A stretch of DNA of 64,000 nucleotides from an uncultured delta proteobacterium (GTDB lineage Bacteria; Desulfobacterota; Binatia; Binatales; Binataceae): NCBI GenBank assembly GCA_963794325.1, contig CAWCDG010000004.1, positions 1,664,001-1,728,000 on the forward strand. Reading direction: 5' to 3'. Below the pieces are notes generated by a model. It was not told the DNA's origin and made no database searches. It saw only the letters and a program-made list of their open reading frames with translations. This document shows, one piece after another, positions 1 to 10,234 of this stretch (positions are counted from its first letter, which is position 1; every line of letters begins with the position of its first letter). Both the position numbers and the translations under genes were made by a program.

Positions 1-101
1 ACTCGGAAAGCTGCTGTCTCATGTCGCTGAGCATCTTAAGTCACACCTCACGCCGGCGTCATCCGGCGACTCGCGTATTATGCCATGAAGCGGAGCCCGG
101 A

Positions 102-1727
102 TTAATGGGGTTTGCCGTTGGCTGGAATCTGTCGCGATCGTGGCGTCTCGACTTCCAGCGTCGCGGGTCGCGGCCATCGCCAAGCCACGATCAATCCAAT
201 CGCCGTCAGGACGAAACAAATCTCCGCGAACAAATCGCCTACGATTGTGTAGAGCGTCCGCACCGGCCGCCACGCCACCTTCACGACGACCATGCCGCGT
301 TCGAATAGCGGCGTGCGATTCGTGATTAGTCCTGACGGCTCAATCAGCGCGCTGAACCCGGTGTTCGCCACCCGCACCATCGGGACCTTGGTCTCGACCG
401 AACGCATCGTTGCCATCGCGAGCACCTGGTATGGTGCCGAACTCTCGCCGTACCACGCATCGTTGGTGATATTCACGAGCACGTCGGCGCCCGCATTTAC
501 CTCCCGCCGCGTAAGGTCCGGGAAAATACTCTCGTAGCAGATCAAAATTCCGAGTTTCGCGCCCCGGAAATCGAACAGCGTCTGTTCCTTGCCGGGAATC
601 AAATCGCCGAAACCGTTCACAATTTTATTGACGAAGTAACCGAGGATCGCGCGGGCGGGGACATACTCGCCGAACGGCACCAGCTCGATCTTGTCGTAAT
701 ATGCGTCAACCTCGCCCTTGCCCTCGGCCGACACCAGGTATGCGCGATTGTAAAATCCCAGCCGGCCATCGGCACGCGCCAGCGCCGGCGCGCCGAACAG
801 TATCGGCTCGTGCTGGTTCTTGGCGAGCGTCAACAGCGCGGTGCGATATTCGGCGTCGCCTGCGAGCGCCGCGGGGTATTGATCATCCGGCTGAAACAGG
901 AACGCAGCCGCTGCCTCCGGCCAGACGACCAGGTCGGCGCCGCGTTTCGCCGCGTCCGCGGTTTCATCCTGATAAACGCCGTAGCTCTGCGGCAGGAACT
1001 TTGGATCCCACTTGAGCGATTGCGGGATGTTCCCTTGCACCATCGCGACCTTGAAATTTCCCGCGCTCTGCGCGCTTTTGAGATCGCTGATACGCCACGC
1101 GCCGAACGCGACCAGCGCGATCATCATCGCGGTAAGGGTGCTCAGGCTGATGGTCTGCAGGCGATAAGCGCCGCGCCGGGAAACGACGACGTAAACGACC
1201 GCGTTGAAAAAAACGATCAGCGCGGAAACCCCGTACACTCCCGTGAATTCGGCGAATTGGATCAACTCAAGATTTTTGTACGCAGCGTAGCCGAGCAGAT
1301 TCCACGGGAAAGCGACAGGGACATAAGTGCGAAACCACTCGATCGCCGTCCACGCCACCGGCATCGTGATCACGATCGGGATTCGCGTGCGTCGCGCTAC
1401 AAATTCGCCCGCCCAGATCGCGACCGCGGTGTTGATCGCAACGATGGCGGCCAACGCCAGCATCGGGAAGATCGCGTACAGCATCGGCACGTCGGCGAAG
1501 TCGTGCAGCGGAATCGGAATCCAGTAGAGCGACACGAGGTACGAGGCGAATCCTTGCAGATACGCCCACCAGAATACGCGCCGCATGCTCTCGCCTTCGA
1601 CCGCGTAGAACAGCGGCACCAACGCAACCCACGCCAGCAGTCCGTAGTCGAACTTCGGGAATGCCAGCCCCATCGCGAGGCCGCTGGCTACGGCGAGCGC
1701 CGCGCGCGATGCGTTGTTGGACGACAT
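102..1727 (-). CDS. lnt: Apolipoprotein N-acyltransferase
   Basis: Multiple TM helices, then a nitrilase-type domain with VVWPEAA, YDKIELVPFGEYVP, ICYESIFP and NITNDAWYG motifs. Start trimmed to the ATG at 1727, next to the upstream stop. Confidence 0.95.
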   Translation of the reverse strand: MSSNNASRAALAVASGLAMGLAFPKFDYGLLAWVALVPLFYAVEGESMRRVFWWAYLQGFASYLVSLYWIPIPLHDFADVPMLYAIFPMLALAAIVAINTAVAIWAGEFVARRTRIPIVITMPVAWTAIEWFRTYVPVAFPWNLLGYAAYKNLELIQFAEFTGVYGVSALIVFFNAVVYVVVSRRGAYRLQTISLSTLTAMMIALVAFGAWRISDLKSAQSAGNFKVAMVQGNIPQSLKWDPKFLPQSYGVYQDETADAAKRGADLVVWPEAAAAFLFQPDDQYPAALAGDAEYRTALLTLAKNQHEPILFGAPALARADGRLGFYNRAYLVSAEGKGEVDAYYDKIELVPFGEYVPARAILGYFVNKIVNGFGDLIPGKEQTLFDFRGAKLGILICYESIFPDLTRREVNAGADVLVNITNDAWYGESSAPYQVLAMATMRSVETKVPMVRVANTGFSALIEPSGLITNRTPLFERGMVVVKVAWRPVRTLYTIVGDLFAEICFVLTAIGLIVAWRWPRPATLEVETPRSRQIPANGKPH

Positions 1728-1729
1728 CG

Positions 1730-2284
1730 TCAGGCGGCTGTCGCGAACATCTCGGCTATCGGAATCACGCCGGCGCATGGCGGCCGGCCGTCGAAGCGCT
1801 CGAAAATCTCGTCCACGTCCTTCCAGGTCTCGACCAGTGCGGCCGCGAGCGGCGGCTCGAACGCGAGATCACCGGCGACGCGCCACTCGCGCTCGAAGCT
1901 CCAGTCGACCGGCGGAGTCTTGTCGATCTCAAGCGATACCACGCGCCAACTCTCTTCCGCCGCGAGGATTTTTTCAGCCTCGCGCCATGGCAGGTAGATA
2001 ACCGGTCGCGCGCCCATCGTGAAAGCATACCGTTTGTCGATGGCGATCCCGAATGGTTCATAGCGGCGGCGATTGCGCCGGTCGAGAATCGTGCGCAGCT
2101 CGGCAATCGGAACGTCGAACATGCAGACCGCCGGACGCGCGCCGCGAATCATCCGGCTGCCGCCGCGAATCACGCCATCCTTGAGAATCGCCACGAGGTT
2201 GTCCAGCGCCGTCGCGGACGCCGAGGCGCGCGTGAAATGCGTCAGCATCGCGACCGCGGGGATCTTTGCCGGCGCGCGCTTCAT
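1730..2284 (-). CDS. Hypothetical protein, AbiGi/DUF2971-like putative ADP-ribosyltransferase fold
   Basis: Motifs LTHFT, LVAILKDG, VCMFDVP, YEPFGIA and EREWR. The start overlaps the ybeY stop. Confidence 0.6.
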   Translation of the reverse strand: MKRAPAKIPAVAMLTHFTRASASATALDNLVAILKDGVIRGGSRMIRGARPAVCMFDVPIAELRTILDRRNRRRYEPFGIAIDKRYAFTMGARPVIYLPWREAEKILAAEESWRVVSLEIDKTPPVDWSFEREWRVAGDLAFEPPLAAALVETWKDVDEIFERFDGRPPCAGVIPIAEMFATAA

Positions 2285-2763
2285 CGCGACGATACGCGCC
2301 TTTCAGTAATCTTCGCCGCCAGGGTTCGTTCGCGCGCGAACATTCGCCGCGCGTCGGTCGCCGAGCGTTCGTGGTCGTAACCGATCAGATGCAGGAATCC
2401 GTGAACCAGGAGCCGGCGGAGACGCGCCGCCGCGCTTACGCGATACTCACGTGCCTGGCGAAGTGCGGTGTCGATCGAGATGACCACGTCGCCGACCGGA
2501 AGTCCCGGACTGTTCTTCACATCGCGGGGATCCGGTGGCGCACTGCCGGCCTGTTCGATCTGCGAGAAGGAGAGAACGTCGGTGGGCGTGTCGATTCCGC
2601 GGTAGTCACGATTGAGCCTGCGGATTGCGCGATCGGAAGTAAGCGTGAGCGACAATTCGCATTCGGCAAGGCCCGCCGCGCGCATCAGGCGGTCCGCATC
2701 GGCGCGAAGCCCGCGCGCGTAGCTGCGTCCGCGCGCCGTCGCGCATCGGAACTCGACCGCCAC
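2281..2763 (-). CDS. ybeY: rRNA maturation endoribonuclease YbeY
   Basis: LNRDYRG, PTDVLSF, GDVVIS and HGFLHLIGYDH metal motif; directly follows phoH. Confidence 0.95.
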   Translation of the reverse strand: MAVEFRCATARGRSYARGLRADADRLMRAAGLAECELSLTLTSDRAIRRLNRDYRGIDTPTDVLSFSQIEQAGSAPPDPRDVKNSPGLPVGDVVISIDTALRQAREYRVSAAARLRRLLVHGFLHLIGYDHERSATDARRMFARERTLAAKITERRVSSR

Positions 2764-2767
2764 CGAT

Positions 2768-3787
<1,020 letters not shown>

Positions 3788-3904
3788 TGTAGGGGCCTCT
3801 TGAGGTACTGATTTCGTGTCTGTCGCCCGCCGGTCGGCATTCGTTCAATCACCGGCGAAGCTAATGGTAATCATTTCGTCAGTCGTATGAAAGTGCTCGA
3901 AAAA

Positions 3905-6556
3905 TTATTGAACCAGTGATGCGACCTTCGCCAGCGCTTCGTCGAGCTTCGATGCGTCGCGGCCGCCGGCTTGGGCCAGGTCGGGGCGGCCGCCGCCGGT
4001 GCCGCCGACTATCGGCGCGATATTCTTGATGATGTCGCCGGCTTTGATTTTCGATGTCAGGTCGGGGGTCACCGCGACCAGCAGCGCGACCTTGCCGTCG
4101 CCGAGATCGGAGCCGAGCGCGACTACGGCGGAGCCGTGCTTCTGGCGCATCCGATCGGCTATCTCGCGCATCGTGCGCGGATCGACGCCGTCGAGTTTGC
4201 GTGTCACCACCTTCACGCCGTTGACGTTGAGTACATTCTCTTCGTCGGCCGCGCCGCCGGTTCCTGAAGCCAGCTTCTGTTCCATCGCGCGCAGCTTCTT
4301 CTCGAGCTCCTTTTCGCGGGCGAGCAGTTTTTCCAGACGCTCGACAGCCGCGCCGTCGCGGGCGCCGAGCTGCGCGCCGATTTCTTCGAGAATTTTTTCG
4401 CGCTTGCGGATTGTTTCGAGAGCACCTTGTCCCGTCACCGCCTCGATTCGACGAACGCCCGCGGCAACGCCGGATTCGGCTTCGAGCTTGAACATCCCGA
4501 CGTCGCCGGTGCGCGAGATGTGCGTACCGCCGCATAGCTCGACCGAAAAATCGCCCATCCTGACCACGCGCACGCGGTCGCCGTACTTGTCGCCAAAGAA
4601 TGCGAGCGCGCCCGCCTTGAGCGCGTCGTCGTAGGCCATCTCCTCGACCGTTACCGCGGCGTTCTCGCGGATGCGCGCGTTGATCTCTTCCTCGATGGTC
4701 GCGAGCGCATCGTCCTTGACCGGACCTTGATGCGCGAAGTCGAAGCGCAGCTTGTCGGGATCGACCAGCGATCCCGCCTGATGCACCGAACTGCCGAGCA
4801 CGTCGCGCAGTGCGTAGTGAAGGATGTGAGTCGCGGAGTGATTCAGCATCGCAGCGTCGCGCCGGAGCCGATCGACCTTGAGCTTGACCCGCGCGCCGCG
4901 GGCGAAGTCTGTAGCCTCACCGCGTAAAATCCGCCCGACGTGAACGATCGAGCCTTCGGCCTTGCGCGTGTCCGACACTTCGAGCAGCGCACCCGACGCG
5001 GATTCGATCACGCCGCGGTCTCCGACTTGCCCGCCACCCTCGGGATAGAAGGGCGTCTCCGCGACGACGATTGCAAGCTGATCTATGTCTTTGCCACCGG
5101 ACGCGAGCACTTCGGACTCGCCTTCGTAGCTGTGGTAGCCGACGAATCGCGATGCAGTACCAGCGCCGAGACTGATCTCAGGCGCGACGGCATCGTCTTT
5201 GCGCGCGGCGCGTCCGCGTTCCTTCTGCTCGCCCATCAGGCGGTTGAAGCCCTCGACGTCCACCTCGATCGAATGATTGCGCAGCACGTCCTCGGTGAGA
5301 TCGAGCGGAAACCCATACGTATCGTAAAGCTTGAACGCTACATCGCCGGGCAGCGTGTGACCGCCGCTCTTCTTGATGCGCGCGAGTTCGGTGTCGATCA
5401 GTTCCAGGCCGCGATCGAGAGTCTCTCCAAAGCGCGCTTCTTCCTGCGTGATCACTTCGGCCGTCCTTGCGGCGACCTTTTTGATCTCGGGATACGCGTC
5501 GCCCATCGCCTCGACGACGCCCGCATGCACAGTCGCGAGAAACGGGCGATGGATTCCGAGATAGCGGCCGTGACGCGCAGCCCGCCGAATGATCCGCCGC
5601 AGTACGTACTCGCGATCGGTGTTGCCGGGCGTGACGCCGTCGGCAATGAGGAAGGTCATCGTGCGCGCATGATCGGCAATCGCGCGATAAGAGATGTCGC
5701 TCTCCGGGTTCTTGCCCCCATCGCCGAGCTCCTTCGCGGCTATCTCAATTTTCTTGATGATCGTCTGAAACAGATCGATCTCGTAGTTGCCGAGAATCTT
5801 GCCGGTCTCGATACCCTGCATCGCGGCCGCGATACGTTCGAGTCCCGATCCGGTGTCGACGTGCTTTTTCGCCAGCGGATTCAGCTTGCCCGACGCATCG
5901 CGGTTGTACTGGATGAAAACGAGATTGCCCATCTCGATGAAGCGCTCGCATCCATCGACATTCACGAAACATTTCTCGCCTGCGTGATTCTTTTCAGGAC
6001 TGCATGCGCCCTCGCCGCGGTCGATGCTGATCTCAGAGCACGGACCGCATGGACCCGTCTCACCCATCTCCCAGAAATTTTCCTTGTCGCCGAATTGCAG
6101 AATCCGCTCTGGCGGAAGGACTCCGAGCTTCAGCCAGATTTCCTCGGACTCTTTGTCGTCCTTGTGAACGGTCGCGTAAAGCAGCTTCGGATCGATTTCC
6201 CAGACCTTGGTGATGAGCTCCCAATGCCATCGAATCGCTTCTTCCTTGTAGTAGTCGCCGAACGACCAGTTCCCGAGCATCTCGAAAAACGTGTGATGGT
6301 AAGTGTCGCGGCCGACCGCCTCGAGATCATTATGCTTGCCCGAAATGCGCAGGCATTTCTGAACGTCCACGACGCGCAGATGCTGCGGCGTCCGCACGCC
6401 GAGGAAATAATCCTTGAACGGAACCATCCCGGCGTTGACGAACAGCAGGGTGGGATCGCCCTTGGGAATCAGCGACGCCGACGGCACGATCGTATGGCCG
6501 CGCTCAGCGAAGAAATCGAGAAACGATTGTCGAATTTTTGCGGTAGTCCAGCGCAT
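3905..6556 (-). CDS. alaS: Alanine--tRNA ligase
   Basis: DPTLLFVNAGM, HHTFFEMLGNWSFGDY, TGPCGPCSE, NHSATH and ELCGGTH editing motifs, C-terminal GGGRPDLAQAGG. Confidence 0.98.
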   Translation of the reverse strand: MRWTTAKIRQSFLDFFAERGHTIVPSASLIPKGDPTLLFVNAGMVPFKDYFLGVRTPQHLRVVDVQKCLRISGKHNDLEAVGRDTYHHTFFEMLGNWSFGDYYKEEAIRWHWELITKVWEIDPKLLYATVHKDDKESEEIWLKLGVLPPERILQFGDKENFWEMGETGPCGPCSEISIDRGEGACSPEKNHAGEKCFVNVDGCERFIEMGNLVFIQYNRDASGKLNPLAKKHVDTGSGLERIAAAMQGIETGKILGNYEIDLFQTIIKKIEIAAKELGDGGKNPESDISYRAIADHARTMTFLIADGVTPGNTDREYVLRRIIRRAARHGRYLGIHRPFLATVHAGVVEAMGDAYPEIKKVAARTAEVITQEEARFGETLDRGLELIDTELARIKKSGGHTLPGDVAFKLYDTYGFPLDLTEDVLRNHSIEVDVEGFNRLMGEQKERGRAARKDDAVAPEISLGAGTASRFVGYHSYEGESEVLASGGKDIDQLAIVVAETPFYPEGGGQVGDRGVIESASGALLEVSDTRKAEGSIVHVGRILRGEATDFARGARVKLKVDRLRRDAAMLNHSATHILHYALRDVLGSSVHQAGSLVDPDKLRFDFAHQGPVKDDALATIEEEINARIRENAAVTVEEMAYDDALKAGALAFFGDKYGDRVRVVRMGDFSVELCGGTHISRTGDVGMFKLEAESGVAAGVRRIEAVTGQGALETIRKREKILEEIGAQLGARDGAAVERLEKLLAREKELEKKLRAMEQKLASGTGGAADEENVLNVNGVKVVTRKLDGVDPRTMREIADRMRQKHGSAVVALGSDLGDGKVALLVAVTPDLTSKIKAGDIIKNIAPIVGGTGGGRPDLAQAGGRDASKLDEALAKVASLVQ

Positions 6557-6710
6557 GGAGTCCTGATTGTAGCTGGGGAAGGGTAAATCACTCAATTGAA
6601 CGCGAAAGCTTGACCTGCCCCATGTTATCTACCACCCACAATGAGAGACTGGGTGGAGTTGCTGGTAGGAATTTTTCGTCCTCGCCCTTCACTCGGCTTA
6701 AGGACGAGGC

Positions 6711-6751
6711 GAAAAAGAAGAGGGCCGCGGGTTCATCAACCGGCGGCCCTC
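6711..6751 (-). terminator. Rho-independent terminator after the acyl-CoA dehydrogenase gene
   Basis: Stem GAGGGCCGC...GCGGCCCTC followed by TTCTTTTTC on the minus strand, about 25 nt after the stop. Confidence 0.75.
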
Positions 6752-6776
6752 GATCGATCATGCTAACTCGTCGCGA

Positions 6777-7904
6777 TCAGCCTAGCAGCGATTTTGCCAC
6801 TGTCTCGCGATGCACTGGGGCGTTGCCGAAGTTTGCTTCGCCGGCCAGGGCCCGGCGATGGTACAGATGCATGTCGTGCTCCCAGGTGAAGCCGATGCCG
6901 CCGTGGACCTGGATTGCTTCCGAGGTCACGTTCTTTGCCATGTCGGACGCATACGCTTTCGCCATCGGGACCGCAGTCGCCGCTTCCGCGCCCTTCGTAT
7001 CGACGGTCCAGCACGCGTAGTAGGTCAGCGAGCGGGAGTTCTCGACCGCGACCATCATATCGACGCACTTGTGCTTGACGGCCTGGAACGATCCGATCGG
7101 CTTGCCGAATTGCACGCGCGTCTTGGCGTATTCGACCGACATGTCGAGCGCCTTCTGCGCGGTGCCGACCATCTCGGCCGCAAGGCCCGCCGTCGCGATG
7201 TCGAGCGTGCGCCGCAGAATCGGCCATCCCTCGCCTTCCTTGCCGACGACTTCCGAGGTTTTCACATTGTCGAATTTCACGTGGCACAGCCGCCGCGTCA
7301 TATCGACAGTCTTGAGCTGGGTGATCGTAATCCCCGGCGCCTTCGCATTCATCGCAAGGATCGTGATTCCCTTTTCGCCGCTGCCGCCGGTGCGGACGGC
7401 GACTGCCATCCCGTTTGCGACGTGCGCGTCCGGGACGAAGAACTTCTCGCCGGTGATCGTGTATTCGTTGCCGGTCTTGGTGGCCTTGAGCTGGATTCCC
7501 TCGGCGTCGAAGCGTCCCGCAGCTTCGGCGATCGCGACGGTGCCGATGAACTCGCCCTTCGCCATCCGAGGAAGGATATCTTTCTTCTGCTGGTCCGATC
7601 CGCCTTCAATCAGCAGCGGCGCCGCGAGCAGCGCGGAGGTGAAGAAGGGACCCGGCACGAGCGCTTTGCCGGCTTCTTCGATGACCACCGTCATGTCGAG
7701 GAAGCTGCCGCCCTGGCCGCCGTAACTTTCGGGGATGAGCAGCCCCGGCCATCCGAGGTCGACCAGCTTCTTCCAGAAAGCGGGGTCGTGCGCGGTCGCG
7801 TCCGCCATCATCTGGCGGACAAACTTGGTCGGGCAGTTGTCGGCCAGAAAGCGCTTGGCCGCGTCCCGAAGCATCTCTTGTTCTTCAGAAAATCCGAAAT
7901 CCAA
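6777..7904 (-). CDS. Acyl-CoA dehydrogenase family protein
   Basis: DFGFSEEQEMLRD, RVQFGKPIGSFQAVKH and QVHGGIGFTWEH motifs; TTG start with a GGAGG RBS. Confidence 0.93.
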   Translation of the reverse strand: MDFGFSEEQEMLRDAAKRFLADNCPTKFVRQMMADATAHDPAFWKKLVDLGWPGLLIPESYGGQGGSFLDMTVVIEEAGKALVPGPFFTSALLAAPLLIEGGSDQQKKDILPRMAKGEFIGTVAIAEAAGRFDAEGIQLKATKTGNEYTITGEKFFVPDAHVANGMAVAVRTGGSGEKGITILAMNAKAPGITITQLKTVDMTRRLCHVKFDNVKTSEVVGKEGEGWPILRRTLDIATAGLAAEMVGTAQKALDMSVEYAKTRVQFGKPIGSFQAVKHKCVDMMVAVENSRSLTYYACWTVDTKGAEAATAVPMAKAYASDMAKNVTSEAIQVHGGIGFTWEHDMHLYHRRALAGEANFGNAPVHRETVAKSLLG

Positions 7905-8081
7905 CTTACGTGCCTCCGTTTTGTCGATAGGAATCCGGCGGCTGAAACCGCTCAGATCCATGTTTCAGGTACCATTAAGGCTTTCAGGCGTGCAAGCGCC
8001 GGGAATCCCTCGAAGACCGCAGTTCGTCCGCTTGATTCGCGCGCGGCAACCGCGACAATGGACTCCGGTTCGGTGAAAAGT

Positions 8082-8855
8082 ATGGAGCACAAAGATCTCG
8101 TCCGCGAAGAATTCACCCGGCAGGCGAACGACTATGCGGCCGCGCCCGCGATTCGCGACGCGGAGCATCTGCGCAAGCTGGTCGAGATTGCCGCCCCGCC
8201 GGCCGACGCGCGCGTGTTGGAAGTCGCGACTGGGCCGGGGCATGTCGCGATGGCGTTTGCGGCAGTCTGCCGCGAAGTCGTCGGCATCGATCTCACTGAC
8301 GCGCCGCTCAAGATTGCGGAGAAGATGCGCGTTGAACGTGGACTCGGGAACGTCAGCTTCCAGAAGGGCGACGTCGAGTCGCGGCTGCCGTTCGAGAGCG
8401 GCGAATTCGATGTCGTCGTGTGCCGCTTCGCGATTCATCATTTCGCGGAGCCGGAGAAGGTGATCGCCGAGATGGCGCGAGTGTGCAGGGCTGACGGATT
8501 GGTGGCAGTCGAGGATTTGATTGCCAGCGAACAGCCCGAGCGCGCGGCGTACTACAATGAGTTCGAGCGGTTGCGCGACACGTCGCATACCAATGCGCTC
8601 GCGATGAGCGAATTGATCAGGATGATGGGTGCGGCTTCACTCGAGATAGTGAGATTCACGTCGCACGGCTACCGCACTCCGGTCTCGCAGTGGATAAAGG
8701 CGGCGGCCCCGTCGCCGGAGCGGGCGGCGAAGGCTGTCGCGATGGTCGAGCGGGATGCGGTGGAAGATTTGAGCGGAGCGCGTCCGGTGCGAATCGATGG
8801 TGAGATGCATTTCACGTATCGGATCGCGATGCTGGTGACGCGCAAGCTCCCGTGA
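8082..8855 (+). CDS. Class I SAM-dependent methyltransferase (UbiE-like)
   Basis: VLEVATGPG, GDVESRLPF and FDVVVCRFAIHHF motifs. The 681-aa ORF call is an upstream extension over the antisense gene. Confidence 0.88.
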   Translation: MEHKDLVREEFTRQANDYAAAPAIRDAEHLRKLVEIAAPPADARVLEVATGPGHVAMAFAAVCREVVGIDLTDAPLKIAEKMRVERGLGNVSFQKGDVESRLPFESGEFDVVVCRFAIHHFAEPEKVIAEMARVCRADGLVAVEDLIASEQPERAAYYNEFERLRDTSHTNALAMSELIRMMGAASLEIVRFTSHGYRTPVSQWIKAAAPSPERAAKAVAMVERDAVEDLSGARPVRIDGEMHFTYRIAMLVTRKLP

Positions 8856-8860
8856 TCCTG

Positions 8861-8923
8861 CCTCCCCCAATGTGGGGGGAGTCCGACGCTCGTCTTCGAG
8901 CGCGGGTGGAGGACCGAATTTCC
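8861..8923. repeat. Palindromic REP-like repeat, family C
   Basis: CCTCCCCCA..TGGGGGGAG hairpin, then CCGACGC..GCGGGTGGAGGACCGAATTTCC; resembles 38019-38080. Confidence 0.6.
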
Positions 8924-8933
8924 GAGATTCCAG

Positions 8934-9010
8934 ATGTGCGGCGCAACAGACAATCGCGCCGCACAAACGTCCCTCACCCTAACCCTCTCCCCGCGTGGGG
9001 CGAGGGAATC
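8934..9010 (+). repeat. REP-like repeat, family B
   Basis: GTGCGGCGC..GCGCCGCAC hairpin plus GTCCCTCACCCTAACCCTCTCCCC..GGGGCGAGGG; a reverse-complement copy lies at 31814-31890. Confidence 0.8.
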
Positions 9011-9029
9011 AGAAGATGAGCGAGCAGCG

Positions 9030-10223
9030 TTAGTGCTGCAATTTCTTTCCCGAGATCAGCGCCAGCACTCCTGAGTATTGGAGTAGCGAGGTCTGCTCGG
9101 CGAGGGAGCTGATTTCGAAACCGGTGAAGAAGCCGGCGATGGGGACCGGGCCCAGGGCGCGCCTGATGTAGGCGGAGTCGTGGCCGGGGATGTTGTAGAG
9201 GCCAGCGCCGCGCGAGACGCAATTGAAGTAGAGGCCGAAGGCGGGCGGCATGTCGAGGCGCGCGGTCAACTCATCGAGGGTAGCTTTGAGGTCCTGGCGC
9301 GAGCGTTCGGCGTCGCGCAGCACGAAACCGATCGTGTCGCCGACTTTGGGCTGGAAGGCGACCGCGATGACCCCATGCTCCTCGCTGGCGCCGACGATAT
9401 TGCGCACCACAAATTGTCCGCGCTCGATCTTGTCCGCGTCCTCGTACAATGGAATCGCGACGAAGACGTAGCCGAGCGCGCGGCGCAGATCGTCGGCCAG
9501 GGGACCCGCGGCCTCGGCAAAGACTTCGTAAGCCGGGCGGCCGTCCAGTTCGATTACGATGTTGTCGCGCGCGGCGGTCACGCGATGCGCCGTTCCAATC
9601 AGTCCGCATGCGATCGTGTTGGCGAGTGTCAGATCGAAATCTCCCGAAAGAAGCATCCCGGACACCGCGTTCGAGCTGATCGTGTCGCCGCAGAAAACGA
9701 ACGTCTCGCCGATTGAGCCGTCCTCGCTCGCGCCGCCGCCTGCGATCGTGACTCCGGGCAATTCAGTTCCCAGAGCATTCAGAGTGGCTTCGGCTTCGAA
9801 GTTGTAAGTATCGGCAAAGAGGATCAGCAGGTTGGATTTGCCGAGCTTCGGACGAACCTTGGTCGCTACGTCAGCCGCGACACCAGCGGCGCGGCCGCGA
9901 AGGGTCGGCACGAAGAATCGGGTTGCCTGGATCTCATCTTCGTCGCCGCCGAAGACCAGCACGGCCAGCGCGTGTCCGGATTCGATTTCGGTTTCGCCGG
10001 CGATGACGCCCATGCTCGAACATCCGGCGACTTCGCGCGTGCCCGCTTCGGAAGCCACCACGCGCAGGATCATCGGATACGCTGCGCCGTAGGCCGGAGT
10101 CGCGAAGCATAGCGCGCCCGTCGCGCGAGTGATCCCTGCCTGCGCCAGCGCGGCGCCCGTCGCTTCGGCGGCGGCGCTGCGCGGATTGCGCGCGCTGGAA
10201 AAACCGACGCCACCTCGAATCAT
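9030..10223 (-). CDS. FIST N/C-domain signal transduction protein
   Basis: VAGCS, GGGAS, ELDGRPA, YFNCVSRG and IAGFFTGFEI motifs. Confidence 0.85.
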   Translation of the reverse strand: MIRGGVGFSSARNPRSAAAEATGAALAQAGITRATGALCFATPAYGAAYPMILRVVASEAGTREVAGCSSMGVIAGETEIESGHALAVLVFGGDEDEIQATRFFVPTLRGRAAGVAADVATKVRPKLGKSNLLILFADTYNFEAEATLNALGTELPGVTIAGGGASEDGSIGETFVFCGDTISSNAVSGMLLSGDFDLTLANTIACGLIGTAHRVTAARDNIVIELDGRPAYEVFAEAAGPLADDLRRALGYVFVAIPLYEDADKIERGQFVVRNIVGASEEHGVIAVAFQPKVGDTIGFVLRDAERSRQDLKATLDELTARLDMPPAFGLYFNCVSRGAGLYNIPGHDSAYIRRALGPVPIAGFFTGFEISSLAEQTSLLQYSGVLALISGKKLQH

Positions 10224-10234
10224 CGCAACACCTG

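Noticed and set aside
4940-6586. 548-aa plus-strand ORF
   Set aside because: Antisense shadow of alaS, as expected in high-GC DNA; no recognisable motifs.
6557-6716. Possible T-box or attenuator upstream of alaS
   Set aside because: A hairpin is present, but there is no T-box consensus and the region is short.
6810-8081. Long N-terminal extension making a 681-aa methyltransferase
   Set aside because: Antisense to the acyl-CoA dehydrogenase; the recognisable protein starts at 8082.
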